Assembly (NCBI GenBank): GCA_012026655.1
Contig: JAAILG010001868.1
Location: 1-61,000 of the forward strand
Direction: 5' to 3'
Length of the DNA: 61,000 bases
Source: Hydrolagus affinis
Lineage: Eukaryota
A program made the translations under genes and the position numbers. The notes beneath the pieces are model-generated. The model worked only from the letters and a program-made list of their open reading frames with translations. It made no database searches and was not told the origin of the DNA. Positions 1 to 14,049 of this stretch are shown piece after piece (the first letter of the stretch is position 1; the number at the start of each line of letters is the position of its first letter).

Positions 1-1038
1 ATTTTCCTCTCCTCTCCCTCCGTTCGCTTTGTTATTGCAGGTGTACCAACAATTACTGTTCACACAACTAACTGCAGGTTCATTCTCTGGGCGATTTCTA
101 CCTGTTTTCATGTTTAAGCACAAAAACACACATGAATTAATAGTGTGTTTGTGTGTGTCTGTGTGTGTGTGTGTTTTCTCTCCCTTTCCCCCTCTCTCCC
201 CCTGTTCCTTGCCATTGCTAGAGATCTCTAACCCTCACCCCAGTGAAGTCCATCTGTTTTGGATTTAAGGTGCCACAACTTGTTTTATGTTGTCCGCGGT
301 CGGCATGGAAACGTTTAATGAGTTGGAGCTATTTAAAACTTTTGCACCTTTCACTACCAGTGAAACGTTTGATACAAATCCCAGTCAAAACTCCATACGA
401 TTTCAACCCCCCCACCCCACATTTAAAGGTCTAAGCGAGGCGCAATCTCCCATTAAAGATTCTGGATTCACTCTGTCTGCAGGTTAACATTACTCTGTAG
501 TGTCCATACATTGTGTGTGTGTAAAAAAAACGATTTTCTTGGTAACTATCTCCTTTCAGATTTCTTTAAAAAGGGGCTTTCGCCCTAAAAATACACAGCC
601 GATCCCATCTGAAGCGTGTTTCAGTCCCATTCCTTGCGTTTTCTTCCATCACCCGACTCACAGGGAAACATTTGACTGACTTGATTGTTTAAAAAAATAT
701 ATATTTTTTAGTAGATTGGTGCAGGGAATGGCGATGGAACGACACGAGCCTGTGTCAAATTGCAAATATAAATTAGTAATGCGGTCCTAATCTATTATAT
801 ATATATATATACATATACAATAAGAGGAGAGGGGTTAGCAATCGTTGATTTCTTTCTCTCTCTCTCTCTCTGATGGTGTGGAAGTAGGGAATCAGACAAG
901 TATTTTATGTGTATGAAAGGGTTGGAAGAAAGTGGCTCAACTTTCATCACCCGATCTCCTCCCTTGAAAAAGCATCCTGACAATCTTAAACAGCCTGTCA
1001 AGCTACTAAACACGGAGCTAACTTCATCTCTGCTACTT

Positions 1039-1358
1039 GTGTGTGTGTGTATATATATATATACACCGTACTTGTATACACAAACATATATATATATATA
1101 TATACATGCATATATACACCCTTGGATAAATGTACTACACACATATATATACACATATATATATATGTATACACATATATGTATATAAAGAGACAAATAT
1201 ACACCCATATATAGAGATTATAGATACATATACATGCAGATATATATATATACATATAGATATATATACATATATGCAGTACATGTATATTTACACACAT
1301 ATGTGTGTCTTTTTAACACACACCACACATATTATATATATATATATATAGATAGATA
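1039..1358. repeat. Compound (TA)n/(CA)n/(TG)n microsatellite
   Basis: Dinucleotide runs; further (TA)n at 796-818, (TC)n at 850-871 and a GA-rich tract at 1800-1930. Confidence 0.95.
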
Positions 1359-2244
1359 AGCGTTTTCCTAGAAAGAGATGAATAATGGTGGCCAGGATCT
1401 GACACCAACTGTCGGTGTTGACATAAATTGATCTGAGGAACAGGTCATCAGTGAAAGAGAAACGCTCGTGTGAAAATCGCCTCGCTTGACAGAAATAAGG
1501 AGATTGCCTTGATGCCGCACACCTGCACCTCCTATTCTTCTCCTCTGTTTACACTGTGTCATACGAAATTAATGCTTTACTATTCTGGTATTCAGTGTCG
1601 TCCCATTGTACAGGGGCCCGCGGCTCGACCCCATCGGGAGCTCTTGTCCGGGAGTAATTGAGCGTTGAAGGTTTTATTAAATGAGTGTGGTAGTGGGATC
1701 GCCTGGATGACCAGGGCTCATTGCAGCCTGTACACAGCCCAGTAAAGCTAATCAGTGCAACACAAGACGCGTCCGATCGCTATGAACATGGGCTGGGGTA
1801 CAGGAGAGGGAGGGATGGTGAGGGAGGGAGGGTGGGGTGGGGGGGAGCAGTGAGTGAGAGAAGGAGGATGGAGAGCGAGAGAGAGAGAGAGAGGGGGGGG
1901 AGATAGAGTGAGAGAGGGGGGGAGAGGACAAAGGACAAAGTGGAAATCTACTGGAATAGTGAGGAACAAATAATAAATAAATCCACCTACATACATGATT
2001 TTTCTTTTAAAAAATTGGTCACTGAATCCTCAGCTGTTTGTGGCTGTGTGTGACTGGCTGCCACGTTTTGCCCACAAATGTACACAGTCCATCCACTTGA
2101 AAGTATATTCTGTGAAGCCCTTTGAGGCATCCCAACACACACGTTACGGAGCTGAAATTAAATGCGAGGATTATTATTGTTGTCAGGAACTCACTTCCCT
2201 GAAAAGCTGCGGATGCTGGATCCATTCGAACGCGCAAGACCGAG

Positions 2245-2387
2245 GTGGATAGAGTTTTGTTAGGACAGGGTACCAAGGGATATGGAGCAAAAACGGGTCA
2301 TTGGAGTTGAGGTACAGATCAGCCATGATCTAGTAGAAGTGTGGAACAGGCTGGAGGGGCTGAGTGGCCTACTACGATGTTCTTATG
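2245..2387 (+). mobile_element. CR1-type LINE 3' end
   Basis: aagggatatgg..gatcagccatgatct..gaggggctgagtggcctact..cttatg, a typical CR1 3' end; reverse copy at about 24267-24620. Confidence 0.7.
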
Positions 2388-3652
2388 ACACAAACCAATA
2401 CACTGGGTCTTTGAGACGGTTGGATTTCACTCAACTGTCTCCCACTTAAACCTTGTTCCCTCTCTTGCCAGGTGTCAGTTGTTCAAGATGCCACAAGAAT
2501 GCGTGTATACGTGTATTATTCAAGTCCTGCCAGCCTGGAAGATATCACTGATTTTTTAAAATCCACATTTAATACTGGTGTGTATATCTTTTACCGGTGT
2601 TAATTAACATATGGTCCAACGGTTCTCAATTCTTCCCACCCACCCTACACAGACAGGATCAACAGCCCCAGATTGTAACTTTGCCTACGCATCTTTTTGT
2701 TAAAGAAACAATATATATATATAATTCATTTTGCTAGTCCTAGTGGCTGTAAGCTTAAGCATGTGTAAGTTTTATGGAGTGAGGGTGTTGGGGTGCGATT
2801 TAAATTGCCCATTAATTTTTTCCAGCTTCTGGAATTTTGCAACATATGTTGCAGCAATCTAGGAACTGACTGAGGGTTTGGCCACCATATCACAACTCTA
2901 CATTGGTGAAATCATTGTTACACAAAACCCAGTTGAAATTAACAATGTGCTGCAGAGCATTGGGAAATTTCCAAGAAATGCGGTTAACTAAGGAAGGATA
3001 GTTTTTTTTCTCTCTCTCTTTCTTTCTCCCTGGCCCTGAAACAAATGCTTTTGGACAATCGTAATCTGCGGTGAAACACTTTGTGAATCCTCAGCTCCAT
3101 GTCCCTCGCCCAGCCCACCCCACCCCACCGACGATTGGGCCTTCAGCCTCTCTGCACCCACCCTTTGTGGAACTCCATCCCACAGTCATCTTGAGGTCAA
3201 CAGGACTGAATGCATTGCCCCTTCACACAACCAGCACAGACAAGATGAGCCGAACAGTCATCCTCCGTGCTGTAAATTGCTACGGTTTGCAAAAAAGCTC
3301 GTCAAGTCATTCAAAGAACTGATCTGGGAGAGTTTGATAGTGATGCTTTGATGTGAAAAGTATTCCATTTTTACCCACAACATGTATCTGGTCACGGTAC
3401 TTTGCGGTACATCTTGTGAAGCTCTTTGAGATATTCCAGTCATGTAATAAGGTGCTATTATCAAATGCAATCATTATTATATAATGTACAATATAATATA
3501 ATTATTATAGTTCTGTTCAATCGAAGCACGATAATGGATCCCCACCAATCACTATCCATCATTAAATTAACAAAATTCTTTGGGTTTTGTGAGCTAAACC
3601 CAAACCTGGTGGGTTTTGAGTGCATTAAAGGAGATGCATTGTCCAATTTGTA

Positions 3653-4105
3653 GAGTCCTGCTGTGTGTATGGTTACCACAGTTGCTTTACAAGCAAGAGG
3701 ACCCGGGTTCGATTCCCAGGCTGTGCGAAGCCTTAGGCAAGTTTCCTGACGCAGCACGCCTCTGTTTACCCAGCAGTATATAGGAACTGGGAGTTAGTTG
3801 ATTGGGGGGGGGGGTAGTAATCCCTTCCAAAAAATAATGTGTTCACTAAACCCACGACTCTCGCCCTGGCTCGGCATCAGACCCATTGTTACGGGCTGTG
3901 AGACACCTACCGGCACGGAGGGCGGCACTATATAAAACGGATGGTGTCAACTGTCTGTGGGGCACTGCCGTGTGCAATTAGCTGCTGTGTTTCACCCACA
4001 AAACACAGTCATTCACTTTACAGTATACTCTGTAAGCGCTGCGAGACGTCTCAACGACACGACGAGGCGCAATGTCACGGTGCGAGTGTTTGCTATTATT
4101 ATAAT
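3653..4105 (+). mobile_element. tRNA-derived SINE (related subfamily) followed by a second SINE tail
   Basis: B-box gggttcgattccc at about 3704-3717, body cctctgtttacccagcagta, L2-like tail ending near 3940. Confidence 0.75.
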
Positions 4106-5284
4106 TCGTTTGATTTATAGAAATGGCAATCTTGCTGCTGAGACATTTGGTGTGATTATGCAACAGGGCGCACATGTCAAGCCATCTGGGTGTGAGAACA
4201 GGAGGTCGTAAAACTACAGTGACTGAGTGTGGCCACATCACACTAACACCACTTGGTTGCCGGGATGCATTCCTGTTAAATCAAGAAAGGTAACTGCAGT
4301 AGTTTTAATTATTTGCAGATCAGTGCTGCAAAAAAAAAATGTTTCAGAAGTTAACTCACAGCATTGGCAACATAGGATGCCTTTGAACTCAGCCAAATTA
4401 ACTTTTCTTCCCCCCACCGAACCTGGAACGTTTAAGAGGAGGAAATGAATCCTAGAAAGGAGTTCAGATCCATCCTCGGTGCAGACAAAGCTGGTGAGTG
4501 GATTTGGGAAGAGAAAGAACAGAGCGAGAGAGGTCAGATCCAGCAAGAAAACAAAGCCGGGGGGGAGGTGTTTTTGCTGTCTTGCAGATGAGACGTTAAA
4601 CCAATGGTCCCATCTCTCTGTTCGGGTGCAAGGATTATTGTAGGAATTATTTTATTTTATGTCAATCAAAGCCTAGTCACAATAACCAATCAACCACTAT
4701 CCATCACCAAATTATCAATTACACTTCGCGTTTTGAGCAGATTTGTCCAATTCGTTTGACTTTACAGACACAATCATCTTATTCATAGATATTTGATAGA
4801 TGTTTAAACTACTTGCGAGGGGTGTGGGGGGGGAGTGGTGGGAATCAGCTTTAATTTTAAGTTGAATCTCCTTCCAGTAGCAAACTGCGTTCTGTGGTTA
4901 CATTATCACCCAAATGAATGGCCATTGTGTATTCAATGGAGAGTTGTTTCAATGTAAAACCAGAAGCAAGATTTGCACAGCCTGTGGAGAGAGGGCGAGG
5001 GAGACTGAAAGTAACATCGTGCATCGATTAAGCTTCGCTGACCATTCTGATTTTCGAGTTTCCCCTCTTTTGTGTTCGGCTGAAGCCAGCACAGCTAACA
5101 GCACTGCGTTTCACCCGCAAAATAAACGCACCGTCGCCTCATTCACTTTACAGTTATCTTTCTGAGAAGTGCTTTGAGACATCTCAAAGGCACGACAAGG
5201 GGCCAAAGTCAACCGCTCGGACTATCATTATTATCACTGTCTTAGTCACATAACGATAATACTTGCATTCAACTTTGAGTTAAA

Positions 5285-5384
5285 NNNNNNNNNNNNNNNN
5301 NNNNNNNNNNNNNNNNNNNNNNNNNNNNNNNNNNNNNNNNNNNNNNNNNNNNNNNNNNNNNNNNNNNNNNNNNNNNNNNNNNNN
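5285..5384. other. Assembly gap (100 N)
   Basis: Run of N next to a poly-C tract. Confidence 1.
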
Positions 5385-7337
5385 TCCCCCCCCCCCCCCC
5401 CAGGTCAAACCCTAGAGAGGCAGGTGCTAGGACCCAGTGGGGGGAGCACAGAGTCCTTATAAGTGCTGAAGGACACAGGTGCGCCTCTGCACAGCACCAG
5501 GGCGGCGCGTTTAAACACATCAGAACAAATCATCTCCCAAACCAAACACTGGCTTTAATTACTAACAGCTGAAGGTGCACCTCATCTCATTAGCAAGGTC
5601 ACTGTTCCGGCATGTTCTCTGATCTCTCTGAAAGAAACACTTTCAGCTGTACCCAAACACTGCATTATTGTAATGTGAAATAGGAATGTCAACATGCCTG
5701 AGGTTTCTCTATTTAACATTCAGGATGTTTCCACTGGAGATCTCAGTGCCTCCTTTTCTGTTTCTTCTCCCTCTCCCCTGCTTCCCTCTCCACTTTCTTT
5801 CCTCTCTTTCGTTCCTTCCTTCCCTCGCTCATTCTCTTTTTTTCTTTCCTTCTTTCTCTTTTCTTTCTCCCTCTCTCCTATTATGTGAAGCCTATTTATT
5901 ACTCCCGCTGTAGTTCTGAATCTACTGCAAATTATTCTACAATAAAATAATCATTCTTTTCATGGTCTCCTGAATCCAATCAAATTCCAGATTAGTCTAT
6001 TCAATGTCTTTTTCAATCCTACAATTATAATCCCTTCAAGGCGTGTGTTTGTGCTTTTATTATACACTCAGATTAATGTTTTAATTTCCTCCTTGAGATG
6101 TAAAATTCCTCGCTGGGTTAGCAGGAGTGAAGGTGCAGACATCTGCACCCAAGGACAGGGTTTGACACACTAAGGGGATAGTTCAGCCATACTTTAGCCA
6201 AACCATCCACAAATCCCTCCCCTCTCACACAAAAGCTTAAAAAGTATTTGATATAAATATCCCTTGCATTTGATAAAGCATCTTATCACATCACAGTGAC
6301 TTCCTAGTAGAGCACAGAGCACTTCCTAGTATATGTAATAGTAATAATACTATCTTTGCATTTGATATAGCGTCTTATCACGTCTTCGAGACACCTCAAA
6401 GCACTTCACTAGAGTATACTGTAAAGTGAATTGACGGCATATTTTTTGGGCACAACATGGCAGGCAATTGCGCACCGCAGTGTCTCACAAACAGTCGTGG
6501 ATTGAAGTGACCAATTTACCCCCGGCAAAGCAATCCGCTAATCGACTAACAACCAGGTTCTACTCAAGTGGTTTGACTGTAATGGAGTAAGTGACCAATT
6601 TTTTTATCAGGGGGATTGTTGGCAAGAAACTAGGAGACATTCTATTCTCTTCGTTCGAATAGTGCTATGTAATCTTCAACGTCTGAACAGGTAGATGGGA
6701 CCTCAGTTTAAAGTAATCTGAATGAGGCACCTCCGTAGGCTTACAGCATCCCAACATATAGTGCAAGTGCTCCATCCTGGGAAACACTTGACTTGAAGGA
6801 CATCTCATGGTATTTCCTGAAGGTGAATGAAAACAATGTGGGGTTAGCAGCTGCATCACCCCCCACGCAACACTGCATCATTCGGAAACACTTTTCAGCA
6901 GGATTGTTTTTCTGTGTGTTTCAGCGACATGATAAGCGACGTGCAAAAAATGCAAGGATTATTTCATATTGAAAAAAAATTAAATAGCCCTTGCAATGGC
7001 TTTTACATCACAAAGGTATCTCAATTCACTACAAAGCAATTGCAGTAAAGTTTAAATGTCTGTATATTTTACAGGCAAATGTGACAACCAATTTGTGCAC
7101 ATAGCAATGTCCCATATAGAAAATAAGCGACTGTGTATGGCTGGAGTTAGGCTGTTTCATGGTTTGTGGGTTCGCCGAATCAAGTTTTCTATGTAAAATC
7201 TCGACTGCCTCTGTAGATTCCATAACCTCCCTCTTCTCACTCCCCCCATCCCTTATATGGTCTATTGTAAAGTTGGTCATCTTTTGATAATAATAATCCT
7301 TGCATTTGATATAGTGCTTTTCACATCTTCTAGATGC

Positions 7338-7425
7338 CTCAAAGTGCTTCACAGAACATACTGTAAAGTGAATTGACTGTATACAGTCAATTCACTTTAC
7401 AGTATGTTCTGTGAAGCGCTTTGAG
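7338..7425. repeat. 88-bp palindrome (44-bp arms, no spacer, 1 mismatch) made of SINE sequence
   Basis: ctcaaagtgcttcacagaacatactgtaaagtgaattgactgta followed directly by its reverse complement. Confidence 0.95.
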
Positions 7426-8027
7426 ACTTTTCTTTGGTGTGCTCAGTTATTTAGCTGATCTGAATGTGATATTGGGTAATGTAGGGCTTTGTGGTAGTAT
7501 GAGCTTTGTTTGTGCCTGTTATGAGCTGTGAACTTCTTTGTGTGTGTTTTCTGCACCAGCCCATGAAATCGCATGCTTAATTAAGTCTCCCCAATTACTG
7601 ATGTAAATTTTCACAGGAGAAATCCTGATGGGGTTTCCAGCAGAAAGCCTCCCCTCTTTTCCCGTTATTGATGTATTCCAAGTCACTGATACGCATTTAG
7701 CAGATGAGATGTGTTTCAGCCTGGTTGCCTCATTTCAACCTTTCCCAAACATTTACAGGTTGTAGGGGTTAATCCATAGAATTCCTGAAACAGATGGTCC
7801 AATGCAGGTGCGGTGAAATCTTTACACAAACCAGCTGGCTTGATGGTGGTGGTGGGTTGGGTGGGTGGGGGGTTTCTGACAGTGGGGGTTGGAAACATTG
7901 TAGGGAGGCCTGAGATTTGTAGATTCATATTAATAATTGAACAAATCTGGTGAAAATAAGTGTGAGTTGGCATCCTTCAGATGAGACATTAAACTGAGGT
8001 CCCATCTGGTGGATGTTAAAAATCTCA

Positions 8028-8335
8028 TAATAATAATCCTTGCATTTTACATAGTGCTTTCATGTCTTCTAGACTTCTCAAAGCGCTTCACAGAATATAC
8101 TGTAAAGTGAATTGACTGTATCATTGTGGGCGAAACGTGGCAGCCAATTGTGCACAGCAACGGCCTTCAAACAGTCATGGATTGATGTGATCGATTTATT
8201 ATTGTTTTTTATTTTTGAGGCATTATTATCAGGGGTGTGGAGTATGAAACTTGCCCAAGGTTTTGTCCTGCCAAGAATCAAACCCAGGTCTCTCTCATGC
8301 GAGGCGAGTGCTCTAACCACTGAGCTACAGGACTC
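8028..8335 (-). mobile_element. tRNA-derived SINE, full length
   Basis: Reverse complement of the 28619-28930 family, including the ctctaaccactgagctacaggact head. Confidence 0.9.
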
Positions 8336-11300
8336 ATGGAGCTATTCGAGAAGGGAAGAGAGGTTCTCTCTGGCCAACAATCCGGCTAAATAAAATTGGC
8401 CGATCACTTTATGGCTGTTTGTGGGTCATGCTATGCACAGTTTGGGCCACAGATACACAGAAAATGCTGTGAGCTGCTTTGGGACCTCCTCCCAACGTGA
8501 AAGGTTGGAGTCATGGAGTCAAATGTAAGGATTATTTTTATTTTTCAATATTTCAGCAAATTTTAATGGGATTCCTCTAGTCATGGATTACTTTTGAGTT
8601 GAATGTTTCCATGGGTCAGAGTGCTGCATTTCTGCTTAATGGAAAGCAATATTATTAATTCTGGAAAAGACTTTGTTTGATGCTTGAGACTTCTTCAAAG
8701 AATCCTGTTGGAAATCGCCTGCCCTTGTAGACCCCATTATCATTAATCTGAACAAATGTTCAGTTAATAACACAGTGTAAGGGAAAGTGCAGCTTATTTA
8801 GAGTTTAACTAGGTTTGGGCAATTTACAAATCGGCAGTGAATGGAGCTGCAGCCAAGAGCTTGTGGGTTTCAATGAGTTTGTTGGCCTCAGCCATGGGAA
8901 GGGCTATGTTGGCCCCAGCCTGTCCAGGGTAAGGGAGGGGGAAACCAGCCAGGTTCCCTGCTCTTGGTCCCTTTCCACCACCCTGCACTGATTCTGCAAT
9001 CAGCAACTCAAAATGTATGGGGTCCAAACCTCGCCTACAATTTACTTCAAAAGCCCAAAGAGTAAGTCATAAACTAAATGTAACTTCCCAATCTATTGCC
9101 ATTAGGTATTTGTCTTCAATAATAACAATCATCCTTACATTTGATATAGTGCCTTATCATATCATTAAGACATCTTAAAGCGCTTCATAGGATATACTGT
9201 AAAGTACATTCACAGAGTATTTTGTGGATAAAACATGGCAGCCAAATTGTACACAGCAATGTCTCACAAACAGTCATGAAGTGACTGACAATTTTTTTTA
9301 ATTTGGAGGACTTTTACTCAGGACACCATGAGAGTAAAACTACCTTCTCTTTGTGAATAGCGCCACAGAATCTTAAACGTCCACTTGGATTAACATCTCA
9401 TCTGAAGGATGGATTTGTCTGCCTTCTCCAGTTGACTCTGCTTTGGATTGTGTACCACATTGATGCACAACATTTTTCTAAAGCTAAAGTTTCATTAAAA
9501 GTGGATGTGCAATTGTTCTAAATATCTAACACTGAAGGCAGAACCTGATTGCTGCAGATGTTAATGATGCCATGGCACTTTACAAAAAGGCATTTTTTTT
9601 ACTGCTTCCTCTCTTTGCATCTTCAAAGAACTCAGAATGAACTAGTACTATACAAGCAAAAGTGAGAAATGGAACCAATTATTCTACTGTGCAAACATAT
9701 GTGTGCTGCGTGTGTGTGGTATGTCAAAGTGTATACAAACAAAAGGGGAAAAAAAATTCCTCGCTGTCCTCCCAATTAATTGGGTTTCCATACAAATGAA
9801 GGAGCAAACACTTCGGAGCATGGAATCTTTGGTGCATCAGTCTTACATCACTCTACATCAGTACACAACACCAAGAGCAGACACCAGATGAGATATGAAC
9901 AATGACAAAAAGGTGGGATGTGAAGTTCAGGCTAATATTCATTTCTTGTTTTTTTCATTGTAAACTCCTGCCAAACGTTTAATGAAGGAAATATGTTTTG
10001 CTGTCACTGATGCCAAACAGAAATTAAAGGGGAATTGCTCTCTGAGCAATTGTCAATTGGCTTGAGGACTACTAGATATAGTGCAAATACCTTACCTTTT
10101 AACATTTCCAGACACATCAAATAATTGCTGCCTCTGGTTTGTTGCTAGTTTGTCCAGAGAGATGTCATATGTGAACAGTAAGCTATCATTCAAATACATG
10201 GGTCATTGCCATGTGTGTGCAATGTGGCTGCTGTGTTGGCCCACAAATTGCACAGTCACTATAGTTTATAGTAAATCCTGTATATATTTTATATATATAA
10301 TAAAAAAAAGGCTCATCTCTTAAATTTAGGAATCAAACCAAGTTTCCCTTTTTTTATTCCTGTTGGCAGACTGTTCTAATTGCCCTTGTTATTTCCACTA
10401 ACAGAGCAAATGAGCATTAACATATTAAAATAGTGTAAGCAGGGAGTGCGATCGAATGCCCTAATTTCTTTAAAGATCATGCAGGTTAAACTTCCCGATC
10501 AGCTTGTGGTAAAGGAAATGCATGATATAGCACCAAACCATAGAAACCAGAAAGTGGTAGGTTTGATTTTGGTCATTGTTTAGTCAGCTAAACTCAAACA
10601 AATGGTCGGGGTGTTACAGTTGACTTTAGTTCTCCTGGAGGAAGTATTGGAGAGCAATACAGGGTGTCCACAAAATCATGTTACCCCCACCCCCCATTAC
10701 AAAACTGTGATGTGAGACTGAGGAGGAGCTGAAACAAGCTGTCAGAGATGCATTCTGCCTTGTTACTCCATCCATCTTATAGAAGACGTCAGACAAAACA
10801 TGGTGTAGAATCATTAACCACCATGAAAATGATGATGCTCACTCACATTGATCCTCTGCACATCTAAATACACTTATAAGTACTGAATGCAATTAACTAC
10901 AGTGCTGTACTTATAACTAGTTATTATCATTCGTCATTTGTTCATATGTTTCACCAGTGCAGTGTGGGGAAGAAAAACATCCATGTCCACCACTATAAAC
11001 CATATTCTAGCATGAGGAACCTTTAAGAAAAGGATAAGAAGTTACAAAACAAAGGGGAGGAAACTGGTTCAAGCCTTTTAAATGACTGTGACCTAAATCA
11101 ACTGTGGCCAACTTCTTAAACCTTTTTTTAGATTCTTCCACGGTCAGCACTGGTCTGATACCAGAATCCCGCTGACGCCACTCAAATATCGGGCTGGTAT
11201 TTAGATAAACCGCCCAATAACTCAATGTTTCCTTTCACAACATATTTAGTTCAAAAAAGGAGAGATTGAAATTGAAGTTTCCACAATGACTCAGTTTTTT

Positions 11301-12799
11301 TAAACAAGATCCACCAAATCTTTCAAGTTTGCACATTTTAATAATGTAGCTTTATTCCTCCCAACTTATCTACCCAGTGCCTATTTTTGAATTAATATTG
11401 TTTAATCATTATTATATTAATAATTTGGTCACCCAATTCACGGCTGCCTATGGGATACTGCCGTGCGCAATCCACTGCAGTGTTTCAACCACAAAATATA
11501 CAGTCAATTCATTTTACAGTATCTTCTGTGAGATATCAGAAAGGCGGGATAGGATGTGAACGTAATCTTTTTACTTGTTTCCTCTCTTAACTACAAGTAC
11601 ATCTACCACCAAACTCTTAATGCTAAATTAGGTAAAACTGCCTATTTGTCTTACTACATTAGAATCCTAAACCATGCATTGAGAAGGGCAGGGACTGAGG
11701 TTTGGCATTTAGAGTTGGACGAGCGAGAGGTTTGGGGCGGCGTGGGAGTGGGGGAAGGGGGGGTGGGAAGCATGAGTAAACTTCAGTTAGACTCAGAGTT
11801 TAGGGGTTAAAGTGTGGCATTTGGTAAAGGTTTGATGTCTGATTGCGTGGAGCGAGCTATACAGCTGGGTCCAATGTTTGGCCTGGCAGTGATTTAAAAG
11901 CACTCAGAGAATTCGCCTCCATTCACTTTTTGACAGGGATCACTGTGCAACCGATGTCTTTCTCCCAAACACCTGCAAAAGCTGCTTTTTTTTTACCACA
12001 TTGCAATCCTGTGATCAGCGCCGAACAAAAGGAATTAAATTCATTTGCTTTTTTAAAAAAAACACTTTATTTGTTTGCATGATAGGAAATCTCGTCTGAA
12101 ATGTAAACCGTGTAGCTTTTTGGTCCACCCCATTGTGCCTGCAGGAAATTGTTCAACACACCTCTCATCCATTCACTAAAAGCAAATCTTCTACATTTCC
12201 TATTTAGCTCATATTTTATGGTCATAGTTTACGATCAAAACTCCTTAGTTCGCATTTCACAAATAGTTTCAAGGCACTAGATTATCAGGCACTCTATCGC
12301 TTCGATGTGTCCATCTCTGTAATGTAAAAACATCGAATACCGTTAGTTGACACGCACCTTGGGATGTCCTCCCGACACGAAAGAGGCTATACAACTGTTA
12401 TTGTTGCTGAGGGGAACTTGCCTAGTTTCTGTTTGAAACTCCTTGTAATTTCTCATTGCACCACCTGTGCCTGTGGTAGTTTCTTCAACGTGTTTCTCAC
12501 CGTTCACTGAACAAAGCCTCCTGCATTTCTTATTCCATTTCCTCTCCTTAGTTTGAAGATTTCAGAGTTAACATACTCTTCAAATTAACCATCAAGATGT
12601 CTTTAGAAAGAGAGAGAATTTCCTCTTGCTCAAAGACGTTGAGTAGATGCAGTACATCAGGAACAATCCATTCCAAGTGCCAATTAATATGGACTCTAAA
12701 CATTGGGAGAAATTTCACTTTTCCTTCTTCCCTTTCCTCTCCTTTTACTCTGCCTGAACTGTAAAATAATTTTTAAAAATTCCAAAAATGCCAAAAGTT

Positions 12800-13135
12800 T
12801 TCTGATAAGTGTAGTGACTGTGTATTTGTAGGAGAACTTGGCAGGCAATTTGCACACAGCTAATGGCTCACGTAATGCCATTATGCGAATTACCATTTTT
12901 TTTTGCATCAGGGAGATTGTTCGCCAGGGCACAAGAAAAAACATGTGCAAATGGGGTGAACTCTTTCCAAAGAGTTCCCTGGGGGTATTTAATGTCCACG
13001 TGTGCAGGCAGTCGGGACCTAGGTTTAATAAGACACATAAATGATGACAATGCAGTGCTTCCCTCGGCACTACACTGGAGATTCAGCCTGGACTGTGAGC
13101 TTAAAGTTCCAACATGGGGTTGGAACCCACAACAA
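12800..13135 (-). mobile_element. Old Deu-domain-type SINE (AmnSINE/SacSINE-like)
   Basis: Segments tttaatgtccac..gggacc..ggtttaat..gacaatgcagtgcttccctc..cactacactgg. Related pieces at about 4585-4630, 6600-6800, 7975-8025, 9300-9410 and 22870-23070. Family assignment is from recall of consensus sequences. Confidence 0.6.
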
Positions 13136-14049
13136 CAACAACAACAAACAATCCACAAAATTACATTTGAAGAGTGCCTTTCACATTGGGACAAGCATTT
13201 GGCTCAGGGGCAAGCGTGCCACCAACAGAGCCAGCCTGACACTGTGAAGAGCTAATAGGTTGTTTTGTCCAACACGTACAGAAACCCACCCCTCTCGCTT
13301 GAGGGTATTCAAACCAAACTGCGAATTCCATGCATCCCACCTACACATGGAAATTCCAGAGATTGATTGTTGGAACGTATTGAACACTCTCTCCCCGGGG
13401 GGATATATCTTGCTTACCTAATTCCGGAAAGTATTAGGCACATGTTGGCAACGCTTGAACCTCAAAGTTTACATTCACTGACTCGCTAACAGTGGTGGGA
13501 GGAAATTCTGCTGCCTCATAACTCCAGGGTTCTCAGAGTGAAATTGTAACCTCTTTGCTGCTGAGATTTGTTCGCTCAGCACAGGTCAGTGACTGAAGCT
13601 AGGAACCTTTCTCGTGCTTCAATTTCATCAATTTTAATGAAGTAGAATGGGGAAATCTGAGTGTTTGGCTCCATCTGCAGGCACTGGAGTAGCTGCACAG
13701 AAAATGGGAAAGATTTGGAAAGTTTTTTTTATTATGCCTCGGATGTCATCCCCTGTCATTATTTTATTCCTTTTCACCCCATTTGCACACATTTTTTAAA
13801 CCCATTTTATTGGCTAAAGGCAGTGTCAATAGGAAATTGAGTCGTTCTGAAGGTCTGAGGTTCAGTCAACAGTTGGACCAAAAAATACTGTCACTACACT
13901 TTACAATAAATCCTATGAAGCACTTTGAGAGATCCTCCAAAATGAAATGTGTTGAATCCGATGCAAGAATTATTATTATCATTACATTACTTATTATTTT
14001 TATGTTATTGTAGTTTAAATCACTCTGTAGAGGTAGTTTCTACATGTTT

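Noticed and set aside
1-800. First exon of SMOC1 expected from synteny
   Set aside because: Donor-like sites exist on the minus strand (about 101 and 238), but I found no signal-peptide or SMOC1-like coding sequence.
795-1351. Several ORFs rich in Y/I/C/V
   Set aside because: Translations of TA/CA microsatellite.
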